This document shows positions 19,617 to 32,517 of a stretch of 64,000 bases of DNA, piece after piece (position 1 is the first letter of the stretch; each line of letters begins with the position of its first letter). The notes beneath the pieces are model-generated. The model searched no databases. It was not told the origin of the DNA and saw only the letters and a program-made list of their open reading frames with translations. This DNA comes from Dictyostelium discoideum. Lineage: Eukaryota. The translations under genes were made by a program, and so were the position numbers. The stretch is taken from positions 2,624,001-2,688,000 of the forward strand of contig CM000153.2 of assembly GCA_000004695.1 (NCBI GenBank), written 5' to 3'.

Positions 19617-20175
19617 CCAATCATACAATAAAAAAAATAAAAAAATAAAAAATTTTTAAAAAAAATAATAAAGAATTAATAATTACCATTCTTTCTTTTA
19701 AATCTCTTTCATGTGGAGTATTTTCAATGATTGGAATAACTAATCTATCAAAATATTGTAAATATTTAGCATTTTCACCATGACCAGAGAGAATACCTTT
19801 AATCATTTCTTGATGAGTAATAATGAATTCAGTTTGATAGAGTAATGTCACCATAACTGCATGTTGACTATGAGTATGAATTACAGCACCAGCATCTCTA
19901 TATTTATAAGCATTGAAAAACAATGGTGTACATTGACTTGCTTTTAATTTCTTTTCAGTTGGAGGTGTTGAGATCTCATTTTCATTTTCATCCATAACGA
20001 AAATATCTTCTCCAAGGATTCTCTCTTTTTGTACACCTGATGCTGCAATATAAATCTCTTTATCACGTTTAATTGAAATACCACCACCTGTACCTGTAAC
20101 CCATCCATTACCATAAAATAATTTACATAATTCTGGTATTAAAACTCTTGGATGTTCTGAATCAAAATTTGACAT
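19291..20175 (-). CDS. mtnB: Methylthioribulose-1-phosphate dehydratase (class II aldolase/adducin fold), 2 exons
   Basis: Exon 1 is 19687..20175 ([53 protein letters not shown]...[16 protein letters not shown]...[33 protein letters not shown], donor GTAATT). Exon 2 is 19291..19497 ([58 protein letters not shown]...*). It matches human APIP blocks ([25 protein letters not shown]). Confidence 0.85.
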
Positions 20176-20493
20176 TTTATTTATTTATCCGACTTTTTTT
20201 TTTTTGTAAAATTAAAAAATAAAAAAATAAAAAAAAATAAAAAAGTGAAAGTAAAAAAAAAAAAAAAGCGAAAAATAAAAAAAAAACAAAAATTAAAAAT
20301 AAACCACATATCACACAACAGAAAATAAAAAAAATTAATTTTTTAAATAAAATAATAATTTGGGTAAGGAATTTAATAAGGAGAGCTTAATAGAAAATAA
20401 AAAAGTGAAAAAAAGAGGAGTCGCATAAAATTACTTTAATGCTGAAATTTTTTTTTTTTTAAATTTACATAATTTATTTTATTATTTTTTTTT

Positions 20494-22023
20494 TTAAGAA
20501 GATGAATCAATTGGAACACCTGGATTAATTGGAGTAATTTCACCATTAGAAACTGGTGTATAAGTATGAGTATCTACTTTTTTCTTTAATTTTCTTTTTT
20601 CAAAACAAATTCTAAAACAACAGACTATACCAGAGCATAATAAAACAAAAGCAACACCAACGAAAACAAAGTTTAAGGCGGATACAGTATTTATATATTG
20701 TTCATAGTAGTTACAATTTTTAGAAAAGGTTGGCATATATGAAAATGTTTCATCACCTCTAAAAGTGGATTTATGAGTTTTTGAACAAACAAGATAACTA
20801 TATTGAGAGGTATAAGTTTGTTGGAAGGTGAGTAAATAGCCATAAAAATTTGAACCATCGGAATTGATTATAAAACTAATATTTGAAGAGATGAGATTTA
20901 ATCTAAGACTAATGTCAGAGTTTACAGCATAGATAATACCTTGATCAGTTTGTTGTTGTTGTTGGCCGTCCAAGGAGATGGTAGAATTTGAGATTGTAGC
21001 AAAAGATTTCTCAATATCTAAAACTGGGAAGTCTTGATTCCAAGAGTTTGCTTGATAGTTGAAGACAGCCTCATTGTTTCTAAAATCAAGGAAACTACCA
21101 AAACTAATTAAGAATTGAGCACTATCAAGTGTTCCAGCGAAACTACTATCTCTAATGGTGATTTGTGAGTTTTCAAAAATAAAGAATGGTTTGGAGACAA
21201 CTAAAATGTCACTCATTTGAATGTTTGAAAATGAAATTTGAGATCCACCAATTGGGAAGAGTGTTTCACTTGCAATGACCTTTGTGAAATTACAACTATC
21301 GACAGTCAATGAAATTGGGTATTTTAGTGAGTAAACCAATGAATTTGCGAATGTTGATGTATAATAGTCATTACCAAATTGGGAATTAAAGAAACTAATT
21401 GAAATTGATGGTGTTGATGTTGCCGCGTCAATTGCCAAACTATCGGACCAACCATTATTTGCATCATCCATATCCACATATTGGCCATCGACATAAATAA
21501 GGTCAGCTACTAGTCCATATGGAATTGAAACTTGGTTAAATTCAATATTAACTTGACCGGCTTCATAATATCCGAATGGATCAATATGGATCAAACCATC
21601 AGTACGAATTCCTGTATAGGTTGGATTTACAATTTGAATACCATTGAAATAAAGATTGGTATTTGCTGGTGATGATGTCTGATAAATGTTAAACATTGGT
21701 GTTGAAAGATTGCTTACAAAGCTAACCATCTCATAACTATATTGTAACGCTGCATTAAATGTTACATTTAAAGCTGTTACATTCTGTGATGTTAAAGTGG
21801 AATAGCTTCCAACTAAGAAATTTAATACCAATGGATAAGATTCTCCATAACTATATTTATAAGAATTTAATGCACCATCAATTGTTTTACATGGTTGATA
21901 AACACCACATTGATAATTATCAATACCTGTTGATGTTGATACTGTAAGTTGGGTAGTTTGTGAATTTACAATTGAATTTAAAAATATTAAATTTATTATT
22001 AAAATTATTAAATATTTAATTTT

Positions 22024-22026
<3 letters not shown>
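20494..22026 (-). CDS. Type I membrane glycoprotein (510 aa) with a beta-helix-like ectodomain; paralogue of 24206..25720
   Basis: Complete ORF. Signal peptide MKIKYLIILIINLIFLNSIVNSQ; many NxS/T sites; a single C-terminal TM (ALNFVFVGVAFVLLCSGIVCCF) and a short basic tail. The N-terminal cap motif (QLTVSTSTGIDNYQCGVYQPCKTIDGALNSY) resembles the YVSN.GSD....P..SIQQAI motif of the giant genes. Confidence 0.6.
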
Positions 22027-22059
<33 letters not shown>

Positions 22060-22441
22060 CTATAATTATTTTTATTTTATTTTTTTTATTTTTATTATTA
22101 TTATTATTTTTTTTTTTTTGTTTAGAAAAAAAAAAATAAAAAAATACAAATATATATTATATATAAATAAAATAAATTAAAAAGTAAATAAACAAAAAAA
22201 AAAAAAAGTTGAAAAAAAAACAAAAGCAAAAAAAAAAAAAAAAAAAAAAAGTTGATTGTCTCTCAAATTTTCGCAAAGTTTTTTTTTTTATTTTTTCGTA
22301 ATATTTTGGAAAAAAATATCTCTCTTGAAAATCTGGTTGGTGGGTTGAAAAAATGTTTTACTCAAAAAAAAAGAAATTATTTCAGATTTTTTACAAGAAA
22401 TTATTATTATTATTATTATAATAACTATTATTTATTAATAA

Positions 22442-23519
22442 CTAATTTAAATAATCCTTTATTAAATCCATTGATTGTTGATAAAGTTGTTTTCCAATTT
22501 CTTTATTATAAGAAAGTGAGCTTGAATTTATGATTTTAGTATCATCAAAGTATTTTCCAGATATTGATTGATATTGATTTTCTATAGCACATTTAACGAT
22601 TGCTCTTGCACAATATTCAGCAGATTTAAAAATTTTATGATATAAACGATCCAATGGAAAAGGTAAATTAACGATTTCACTTGCGAAAATACCTGGATGA
22701 ATTGCATTTATTGTTGCTTTATTTGTAATATTTTCATTTTCAACACTATTAATTAAACTATCCAAATAATAGGTTGAATAAATTTGAGCCAATTTACTTT
22801 GACAATAAGTTTGAAAAGTATATGATGTATCATTAATTAAATTTTCTAATGAAAATCCACCCAATGAATGAACTGATGATGAAATATTTAAGATACGTGC
22901 TTGATTTTCCATTAAATTTTTAAATAATAATTGAGTCAATAAGAAATGACCTAAATAATTAGCCAAAAATTGAGTATTGAATTGATTTCCACCATTTTTT
23001 GTGATTGGATTATTCCATTTTTTATCTTCCCATAACCACATAATACCTGCATTATTAATGAGTATATCACATTTTAATTTTTTAATATTTTGAAATTGAT
23101 TAACAAACTCTTTAATACTACCAAGTGAAAGTAAATCTAATTTCATAAATTCTAATTTATCATTTTCACAATTTGAAAATTCAAATACTTCTTTAATTGC
23201 TTCCTTTGCTTTCAATTCATTTCTACAAGCAAAAATAATATGTGCTCCTAATTTTCCAATCTTTTTTGCAATTTCTTTACCTAATCCTGCATTTGAACCT
23301 GTAATAATTACAACTTTACCTTTTAAATCATATTTATCATATTCCTTTTTTTTTTTTTAAAAAAAAAAAAAACAATAATTAATTAATTTTCCAATTTATT
23401 TCAATTATTGATAAATAAAATAAAATAATTACAATATCTTTAGTTGGAGCAAATAAACCCATACCAAAATAAAAAATTATAGTAATTAAAATTACTAATA
23501 AAATAATAATATAATACAT
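22442..23519 (-). CDS. Short-chain dehydrogenase/reductase with an N-terminal membrane anchor, 2 exons
   Basis: Exon 1 is 23433..23519 (MYYIIILLVILITIIFYFGMGLFAPTKDI, donor GTAATT). Exon 2 is 22442..23344 (EYDKYDLKGKVVIITGSNAGLGKEIAKKIGKLGAHIIFACRNELKAKEAIKEV....NISSSVHSLGG...YCQSKLAQ...). It has the Rossmann TGxxxGxG motif (TGSNAGLG) and the catalytic YxxxK (YCQSK). The track ORF starts at an internal non-ATG position; the coding frame is open further upstream. Confidence 0.8.
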
Positions 23520-23550
23520 GTATTAAATTAAAAGAAAACACTTGTTTGAT

Positions 23551-23592
<42 letters not shown>

Positions 23593-23597
23593 AAAAA

Positions 23598-23642
<45 letters not shown>

Positions 23643-24205
23643 AAAAAATTAAAAAAAACTTTCTAAACAGTATTGATTTAATAAATAAAAAAAAAAGATA
23701 TTTAACAAAACAAAATAAAGAAATAAATTATTCATATATCTCAAATAAAACAAATACTAAAGTTGATAGATATTATTATTATCTTGAAAAAAAGAATATT
23801 CTTTTACTAAATTTCCAAAAACACTCAAAAATATGGGATCAACAATTACCTCACTTTTGGATATTTTCAAAAAAAAAAAAAAAATTTTTTTACGAAAAAC
23901 AAAAATAAAAAAAAAAAAACATTATGCGAAAATTTGAGACAATAACTTTTTTTTTTATTATTTTTTTTTTTTTTTTCATAATCAATTTTTTATTTACTAT
24001 TTTCCTTTTTTTTTTTTTTTTTTTATTTTCTTTTTTTTATACATGTAAATAAAATAAATAATAAATAATAAATAATAATAATAGTAATAATAATAATAAT
24101 AGTAATAATAATAATAATAATAAATATCAAATATATAACTATATATAATTTTTTTAAATAAAAAAAAAAATAAAATAAAATAAAATAAAAATAAAATAAA
24201 TAAAA

Positions 24206-25720
24206 ATGAAAATTAAAATATTATTGATTTTAATATTAAATTTAATATTTTTAAATTCGGTTGTAAATTCGCAATATGCTAGAAATTATTATGTTGCAAC
24301 CAATGGTACAGATTTTAATTCTTGTGGACAAGCAATATCACAAGCATGTGCAACACCAGTTGGTGCAGTGAATTCATTTAGAATTCAATTTGGTTATTAT
24401 TCAAGTAATGTTTATCAATTGTTAGTAAACTTTGGAAGTGGATATCAATGGAATGGTGGAAATTCATTAACATCAGTCTCTCTCAACAATTTAAATGTTA
24501 GCTTTATCGGTGCACCAGATGGATCTACATACTTTTATAATAGTTATTCCGCTTTACCATTATTTAATATAACAAGTGCAGCAACTCAAACAACCTATAT
24601 CACCTTCACCAATATTACTTATGGTACACCAAATTTTGGTTGTTATCATAATTATCAATATAATACACTCGCCGCATCATTATTATTAATTACACCAGCT
24701 TATTATTATTCAGTAAATAACTATATCCTATTCAATAATTTTACCATTAGTTGTAAAACCATTGACATCCCAATTGTGGCTACCAATGGTTATGGTTATA
24801 CTTATTTAGGACCAGCCTCAGAAGATTATAATGATTATTTCACTGGTTCCCTTTCATCCTATAACCCAAACACTTTCATAACATTCAATGGCATGTATTT
24901 CAACCAAACAGCAGCCTATTCGAAAGCTGGATATACTTTTTCATTCAGTTCACAACTTGTAAACGTTCCATTATTCCCAACAAGTGTTTCATTTGTAAAT
25001 TGTGTTTTGATTTTGGATGATGTTAATTTCTTATCAACTCAATCATTTATCAATGTTGGTCGTGGTAATTTAATCATTGATAATTCCACTTTCATCGTTT
25101 CATCATTTTCTAGCAATCCCCCACCATTCTTGAATGTTACATCTGCTCAAGTCGATATCACCAATTCAAATATAATAACCGAAGGTTATATGATTAGCTT
25201 CTTATCATGTCAAGGTTGTTTCTTTAAAGCTGACAATATCAACTATACTTCATTAAGTATAACAAGCTCCTCCGTACCATTTAGTTTCATGTATGCTTCT
25301 GCCTCTTTCTATAATTCTCGTTTAATTTCCTCTCAATACGGCGGTGTCATTAGTGCCGTTGATTCTCAACTCGCCTTAAGATCCAATATAATTTCTTCTG
25401 GAAAAACAAATTCTGTCAATCTTGATAAATCCAACGCATTCATTTATGGAAATACTTTCCCCTATTATTACAAGGTAAATTCATTATATTACAATTCATA
25501 TTCAACTGTAGTCTATTGTTCCTCTGATTCTGAATCTGATATCGTCGGTGATTTTTTAGTTGGTTCTTACACTGAAAATTGTTCAAAATATACTAAAGAC
25601 TTTAAATTAAAATGGTATTTTGGTTTCCTTGCTGTTGGTATTGTTGGTACACTTTTTATTTACATTTTCCTTGCTTCAACAATTGCTATAATTAAAAGAT
25701 GTGGAGGTGGTGATAATTAA
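24206..25720 (+). CDS. Type I membrane glycoprotein (504 aa) with a beta-helix-like ectodomain; paralogue of 20494..22026
   Basis: Signal peptide MKIKILLILILNLIFLNSVVNSQ, near-identical to that of the divergent neighbour. YYVATNGTDFNSCGQAISQACATPVGAVNSF cap motif; numerous N-glycosylation sites; C-terminal TM FGFLAVGIVGTLFIYIFLASTIAII. Confidence 0.6.
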   Translation: MKIKILLILILNLIFLNSVVNSQYARNYYVATNGTDFNSCGQAISQACATPVGAVNSFRIQFGYYSSNVYQLLVNFGSGYQWNGGNSLTSVSLNNLNVSFIGAPDGSTYFYNSYSALPLFNITSAATQTTYITFTNITYGTPNFGCYHNYQYNTLAASLLLITPAYYYSVNNYILFNNFTISCKTIDIPIVATNGYGYTYLGPASEDYNDYFTGSLSSYNPNTFITFNGMYFNQTAAYSKAGYTFSFSSQLVNVPLFPTSVSFVNCVLILDDVNFLSTQSFINVGRGNLIIDNSTFIVSSFSSNPPPFLNVTSAQVDITNSNIITEGYMISFLSCQGCFFKADNINYTSLSITSSSVPFSFMYASASFYNSRLISSQYGGVISAVDSQLALRSNIISSGKTNSVNLDKSNAFIYGNTFPYYYKVNSLYYNSYSTVVYCSSDSESDIVGDFLVGSYTENCSKYTKDFKLKWYFGFLAVGIVGTLFIYIFLASTIAIIKRCGGGDN

Positions 25721-25919
25721 TTATTAATTAAAAATAATTAAGAAAAAAAAAAAAAAAAAAAAAAATATAAATATTTATATTTTTAAATATAATTATTAAA
25801 AAAAAATTTAAAATAAAAAACTAAAATTTTGTAAAAATAAAAAAAAGATAAAATAAAAAAATTAAAAAATATTAATTCATCACTTTCTTTTATTTTTTTT
25901 TTATTATTTTTTTTTTTTT

Positions 25920-27674
25920 TTAAACTCTTTTAATTAATTTCAATGAATATTCAGTTGGTCTTACACTAACACTTAAAATTAGATTTTCTGGTAATGGTAA
26001 ACAATCAATGGAGAACATTCGATAATTTAATATTAAATTTGAAAGAAATATATGAATTTGATTCATTGCAATTGTTTGGCCAATACAATTTCTTGGTCCA
26101 ATTCCAAAGTTTAAAGTATCTGAAACTTTTGAATTTAAAAATCTATCTGGTTTAAATTCATTTGGATCTTTATAATTATTTTCATCTAAAGAAAACCCTT
26201 TAACATCCATCAAAATATTAGTATTTGCAGGAATATAATATTTATTATCACCAATTATCATTTCATTTATTGATTTTCTGAAAAAAAAATTATTATTAGA
26301 TTTTTAATATTAAATTATAATTTAATTATAATTATAATTACCTTGGTAGTGATAATGGTGCAATTGGCTTTTTTTTTTTTTTTTTTTTTTGTATAAATAA
26401 AAGTTTAATATTAGAAAAATAAATATTCCTTTTTTTTTTTTTTTTTTTAAAATTTTTATAAAAATACATACATATAATCTATTAGTTTCTTTTATAAATG
26501 AATTAAGAAATGGAGTATTGATTTTATCATTTGCAGTTATTTCTGATTTATTTAATTTTTTTAATTCTTGGAAAATAAGTTCTTGAAATTCTGGATTATT
26601 TACTAATTTTAAAATAATCCATTCTATAGTAGAACCGGTTGTATCTGTACCTGCCATTAAAAAATCAATACATATACTTTTAATATTTTCAATTTGTTTT
26701 TCATTTAAACCATTTTCATCTTCATTGATTGTCATAATTAAAGAATCTAATAAATCATTTGCTTTAAAATCATCACTTGTGAAATCAATTTCTTTAATTC
26801 TACTATTAAATTTTTCAGTGGCAATTTTTGAAAGAAAAGAATTTTTATCTAAAATTTTTGTAAATTTTAATAAAATTGGTTGAAAAATTCCAAGAAAGTC
26901 ATAAATTACATTATATACATTTAATGAATTTAATAAATTTAATATTGTTTTAAATATTAATTTGAATTCTGTTGAATCTGAATATAATTGAAATGATTTA
27001 TTTTCATTAAAAATCATTTTAAACATTACTGTTAATGTTAAACTTTGAAAATAAAATCTTGTATTATTAATAATAATTGATTTATTTCCATCATCATCAT
27101 CATCTTCTTCTTCTTCATTTTTTATACCATTTTTTTCAAAGAAATTAAAAAGTTCCTTTGATTTTAATAGAATGAAGTCATTCATATCCTTATTTAATAC
27201 TTTTTTATATGATTTCATAATTAATTCTTTATTGCTATCCCAAATATCACCATTACAACCTATAATTCCACGACTATCATCTCCTGTCATTGTTTTAAAT
27301 GTTGCGATTCTATTTTTAAAATTTTCAAAATTTTCAATATACATCTCTCTAATTAATTTATAATCACTAACTACAACATAGTACGTCCCTCCGAGCCACA
27401 TTCTAAATATTCCATGATATTTTTTACTAATAATAGGTATAGTTAAATGTGCATCCTTTCCAACCTGGTGAATGTTTCCTAAAATTGGTACTGGTGTAGG
27501 TCCTGATAAACTTAATGAATTTTGATTATCTGCTTTATAATACTATTTTTTTTATTAATACTAATTTTCTTTTCTTTTTTTTTTTTTTTTATATATAATT
27601 TTATTTTATTTTATAATTACTTTAACCGAGTAATAAAATAATATTAAAAAAAAAATGAAAAGAAGTAAATCCAT
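25920..27674 (-). CDS. Cytochrome P450 monooxygenase (~502 aa), 4 exons
   Basis: Exon 1 is 27621..27674 (MDLLLFIFFLILFYYSVK, donor GTAATT). Exon 2 is 26472..27542 (YYKADNQNSLSLSGPTPVPILGNIH...AGTDTTGSTIEW...FIKETNRLY, donor GTATGT). Exon 3 is a 26-nt mini-exon, 26342..26367 (PIAPLSLP+AG, donor GTAATT). Exon 4 is 25920..26277 (RKSINEMIIGDNKYYIP...FGIGPRNCIGQTIAMNQIHIFL...*). P450 signatures: proline-rich hinge, I-helix AGxDTT, ExxR, PxRF-like, and the heme loop FGxGxRxCxG. Confidence 0.85.
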
Positions 27675-27888
27675 TTTTTTAAAATTTTATTGTTTTTGTT
27701 ATAAAAATTTGGATAATGAATTTTTTTTTTTTTTTATACGAATAATAACAATAGAAATAAAAAAAAATTATTTTATATTGTTTTTTTTTATATTAAAATA
27801 ATAATAAAAATTATTTGATATTGTTTTATTTTTTTATTATAATGATAATTAATAAAAAATTAAAGTATAATAAAATAAATAATAACAA

Positions 27889-27951
<63 letters not shown>

Positions 27952-28370
27952 TTATTTGATATGTTTTTTTTTTTTATTGTAATTAATAATAAAAAAAAAA
28001 AAATAAAAAAAATGTTTCAAAAAATATCTATTAAGTTCATTAAAATAAGTTTTGGGCTTAATTAAGAAAAAAAAAATATTAATAAATTTAAATCAATTAA
28101 AATGTATAAGAAATAAAATTTAATTTTTTTAAATATATTATTATTTTTAATTATAATTGAATTATATTTATTTATTTTGAATTTTCCTGAGAAATTTTGA
28201 CTTTTTGACTTTTTTTTTTTTTTTTACGCTTTTTAATCTTTTTTTTTTTTTTTTTTTATTTCTTCAATTTATTTATTAAACCTGGATTTCGAACTTTCAT
28301 CTTTTGAGGTGGGATGAGGGACATAATTAATAATAATAATAATTTAAAAAATTTAATTTATTTAAAATTA

Positions 28371-28406
<36 letters not shown>

Positions 28407-28916
28407 AAAAAAAGAATAAAGTTATTTGAGATATTATAAAATAATAGTAAAAAAAAGAAAATATTAAAATTTTTTTGAAATATTCAATGGTATCTTTTTT
28501 AAATCACGTGCTTTATTGTTATAAAATAAAATTAGGAAAATAATAACGTGATTTTGATACAAAATAATTTAATTTTATTGATCGTTTATTATTATTTTTT
28601 TATATTTTAATATTTTATATCATTTAATTTTTTTTATTTTTCTTCAATTTGAAACAAATATTAACAAAAAGAAAAAATCTCAACATTATTAAATTGTTTG
28701 GGTCCACGATATAATATAATATGAAAAAAAAAAAAATATGAATTTGCTTTTTGAATTAAAAAATTATAAAAAAATTAAAATAACACTAATTTTTTATGTT
28801 GCTTTGTATTGAATAAAAAAAAAAAAAAAAAACATAATAACTTTTAAAATAAATTTTATATTTATATTAATATTTCGACTCAATGATGAGTATTTTATTT
28901 TTAAATAGTTTTACAA

Positions 28917-29325
28917 TTATTCTTCTTCTTCTGGAGCATCACCACGCTATTAGAATTAAAAAAAAGAAAAAGTAAAAGAAAAATGAAAAACAGGTTAGTA
29001 ATGGAACATATTTAAAGATAAATTCAAAAATACAGAGAAAACACATACGTATGGTGGTGGTGGTGGTGGTGGTGGGAGACCATTCCATGTTACATTGTTA
29101 TTTCCAAAGGAAATACCAGTGGATGATTTGGAGGAAACCTTGGTGGCACTTGATTTACCGGCACCAAATGAGAGTTTGGTTAAAGCGTCTAAAAAAAAAT
29201 TAATTTTTATAATTAAAATGTTAGCAATTATTTATTTATTTATTTATTTATTTTGTTGGAAGTTATTTTAATTTAATTTTAATTTTCGTCGTTTAAAAAA
29301 TATATAAATATTTACCAATTAACAT
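28917..29325 (-). CDS. Copy A of a 4-copy small gene: 59-aa Gly/Ser-rich protein ending LPPPPPPPPY-RGDAPEEEE; 3 exons with a 10-nt first exon
   Basis: Minus strand: exon 1 29316..29325 (ATGTTAATTG|gtaaat); exon 2 29049..29188 (ACGCTTTAACC...CCATAC|gtatgt); exon 3 28917..28946 (CGTGGTGATGCTCCAGAAGAAGAAGAATAA). Protein: MLIDALTKLSFGAGKSSATKVSSKSSTGISFGNNNVTWNGLPPPPPPPPYRGDAPEEEE. The coding sequence is conserved across the four copies while introns and flanks diverge. Confidence 0.65.
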
Positions 29326-29538
29326 TTTTATTTATTTATATATTTTGTGGTTTTTGATAATATTTTTAAAATTATATTAAAAGATAGAAAGTATTTTTAC
29401 AAATAGAAATAATAGTAGTATTGGTACAAATTGTTGTTTGAAATGATTAAAAAAATAAAAAAAAATTTCATTTTTATACTTTTTTTTTAAGTGTTTGTTT
29501 TTTTTTTTCAATCATTTTCCTCGAAGAAGATATTAATT

Positions 29539-29570
<32 letters not shown>

Positions 29571-29850
29571 TTTTTTTTTGTCAAAACCAATATTTGCACG
29601 TTCAAATTGATTTTAAATTTATTTTTTTTTAATATTTAGCTTGTCCAAAGATATTATTTTTTGTTCGCGACATTTAATCTTTGCAAAAAAAAAAAATTAT
29701 TCAAATTTTCAAATAAAAAAATTAATAAAAAAAAGGTTGTATTTTGATTGAAAAATGAAAATGGTGGAAATAAAAAATGTTTAGAATGGTTTAAATTTTT
29801 TTATTATTTTTAATTTTTTTTTTTTTTTTAATATTAATTTTTGATTTAAA

Positions 29851-29944
29851 TTAAAATTTTTTGTCCAATTAAAAAGTTGAGAAATTTGATATTTTATCAA
29901 TCATCATATCAAATTTCCCAACTTTTTAATTGGACAAAAAATTG

Positions 29945-29948
<4 letters not shown>
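29851..29948. repeat. Near-perfect inverted repeat (hairpin) with 32-bp arms and a 14-nt loop, about 540 bp upstream of small-gene copy A; half-copy at 31826..31880
   Basis: Left arm 29861..29892 ttgtccaattaaaaagttgagaaatttgatat; right arm 29907..29938 is its reverse complement with one mismatch. A/T-rich flanks extend the pairing. A related single arm plus loop (tgtccaataaaaaagttgggaaaa...tttgatattttatcaatcatcatat) lies at 31826..31880, upstream of copy B. Confidence 0.7.
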
Positions 29949-29979
<31 letters not shown>

Positions 29980-30789
29980 ATTTAAGTTTTTAGATATTTT
30001 TTAAAAGTAATCATGAAGATTTTTAAAAAAAGAGAACTTTTAAAAAATTGAAATTTGTTGTTTTTTAAAATCTTTATTATGTAAATTTATTTTTTAATAA
30101 AATTTTTGGGTTATGAAATTAAATAAATAAATACAAGAAATAATAAAAAATAAAAAATTAAAAAAAAAATTTACTTTTGATTTATAATTCTTTGATACCT
30201 GAATTCATAAAATGTTTGAAAATTTCTTTTAGAAAATTTATATATACCTCCTTGGAAACTTGGTATGAAAATCTGCACTACTCTACTATTTAATTATTAT
30301 TATTTGATTGTTTAAAAACATACTATTGTAACGTTGTTAATTATTTAAGATTTTGGAAGTTTTTTTAAAGTGAAATAATCATATTCATGAGAATAATTAA
30401 TAAATTGCAAAATCTCTTCATTTATTTTATTTCACACTATTCTTTTTCTCTTATGTATTACATTTCTATAACTTATAAGAATTGGTTCATGCTAAGAATC
30501 AATCAAAATTTTATGATTAACTTTATTCTTATGATAATGAATTAAATTCATAATTTGAGTAAGAGCAAGGATAACATTTTTTTTTATATTCAACAATTTT
30601 AAACAAATATTAAAAATTCCAAATACTACACGATGATGTGAAATCGTTTCACTCAAAAAAAAGAAAATAAAAAAAAAAAGTAAAAATAGAAAAAAATAAT
30701 GAAAATCAAAAATAGAAATAATTTTAAAATATATATTAAGTAATACATCGACTCCTTGATGAGTAGTTTATTTTTAAATAATTTAGCAA

Positions 30790-31186
30790 TTATTCTTCTT
30801 CTTCTGGAGCATCACCACGCTATTAGAATTAAAATAAAAGATAGAAAAAAAAAAGAAAGAGAGAAATGGGTTAGTAATGGAATATATTTTAAAGATAAAT
30901 TCTAAAATAGAGAGAAAACACATACGTATGGTGGTGGTGGTGGTGGTGGTGGGAGACCATTCCATGTTACATTGTTATTTCCAAAGGAAATACCAGTGGA
31001 TGATTTGGAGGAAACCTTGGTAGCACTTGATTTACCGGAACCGAATGAGAGTTTGGTTAAAGCATCTAAAAATTTAATTTTAATTATTAAAATGTTAGAA
31101 ATTATTATATTATTTATTTATTTTGTTGGTGGTTTAATTTTAATTTTCCTTGTTTAAAAAATATATAAATATTTACCAATTAACAT
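30790..31186 (-). CDS. Copy B of the same small gene (minus strand)
   Basis: Exon 1 31177..31186, exon 2 30926..31065, exon 3 30790..30819. Relative to copies A and C there are two synonymous changes and one Ala>Ser change; intron 2 and flanks are diverged with indels. The 3'UTR motif TAATTGYAAAYTATTTAAAAATAAA is shared. Confidence 0.65.
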
Positions 31187-32185
31187 TTTTATTTATTTAT
31201 ATATATTGGGGTTGTTGATAATATTTAAAAATTATATTAAAAAAAAAAATAGAAAGTATTTTTACAAGTAGAAGTAATAGTAGTATTGGTACAGATTGTT
31301 GTTTTGAAATGATTAAAAAAAAAAAAAAATTTTCATTTTTATACTTTTTTTTTTTATATCATCAAAACAAAAATTCTCAATAATATTAATTTTCTTTTTC
31401 TTTTCCCACACAAAAAATTTTTCGTCGCAAAGATATTTTTTTTTTCAAATTTTTAGACTCAACACCCTATTGGCCAAAAAATACATTCAAAGAAAGACTG
31501 CAAATGATTGATTTTATTGGACAACACAAAAATTGTTTTTTTGATCGTATCTCAGTGCTCTAACCAGATATTTCCATAAAAAAAAAAAAAAAGCAAACCA
31601 ATCCCCATCTTGTTTTTTTTTTTTTTTTTTTTAATTTTTTAATTATTTTTTTTAATTTTTTTTTTTTTTTTTTTTTTAATTTTGTTGCAAAGATTGGGTT
31701 GATAAAAAGATTTCAAAGAACAAAAATATTAAATGATTTAATTATTTTTATTTTTATTTTTCATTTTTATTTTTATTTTTATTTTTTTTTTATTTTTTTT
31801 TTTTTTGATATTAATTATTAATTTATGTCCAATAAAAAAGTTGGGAAAATATTAATTTGATATTTTATCAATCATCATATATGTTGCGAACTTTTTTTTT
31901 TTTTTTTTTTTTTTTTTATTGGATCAAGTATTTTGATATTTTTTAAAATAATCATAAATAAAACATTTTTAAATGTTCCCAATTTTCTTTTTTTTTTTTT
32001 TTTTTTTCTTTGTGATCATACTGAATAAAATTAAGTTTTATTTGGCATTCACAATGGAACTTTCAATTGAAATTTGTTGTGATTGAAAATTTTTTTTTTA
32101 AATAATTTTTTTATTTGAAAATTGTATGAATTCACACACAAAAAAAAAAATATCTTTGGACCGGATTTAAAATAATAAACAAAAG

Positions 32186-32217
<32 letters not shown>

Positions 32218-32482
32218 CTTTTCTTTTTTTTTTTTAATTTTCTTTTTTTTTCTTTATTTTTTTTTTTTATTATTTTATTTCTTTTTTTTTTCTTTCTTTT
32301 TTTTTTTTTCTTAGTAAGCCTGGGGCAAATTACAATTTGATTTTTCCCTGTCCTCTAAACCAAAAAAAAAAAAAATTTAAAAATTAATCGAACTGATTTC
32401 TCAAAATTGATTGACTTGCACAAAAAAAAATTTGCACAATAATTCACATAATCAATTTGAAGTTTCAAATATTGGGTTTTTG

Positions 32483-32517
<35 letters not shown>

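Noticed and set aside
22442-23215. ORF-track start of the SDR at 23215
   Set aside because: It is not an ATG on inspection; it reads TTG within ..CRNELKAKE... The real start is the ATG at 23519 in an upstream exon.
28255-28325. tRNA-like TTCGAA motif (cctggatttcgaactttc / agttcgaaatcc on the minus strand)
   Set aside because: No complementary T-stem, no acceptor-stem pairing, and no anticodon arm could be folded. It is probably a chance match in AT-rich DNA.
30180-30700. Moderately GC-richer spacer between copies A and B
   Set aside because: No ORF longer than about 40 codons in any frame and no recognisable motif. It may be a TE remnant but is not supportable.
30972-31157. Track ORFs 30783..30965(-), 30972..31157(+), 32849..33061(-), 35253..35525(-) and 35311..35544(+) (MEWSPTTTTTTT..., MLFPKEIPVDDLEETLVALDLPEPNESLVKASKN...)
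   Set aside because: They are antisense or out-of-frame readings of the four small-gene copies. ACC/GGT repeats give poly-T or poly-V. The spliced sense-strand reading is conserved instead.
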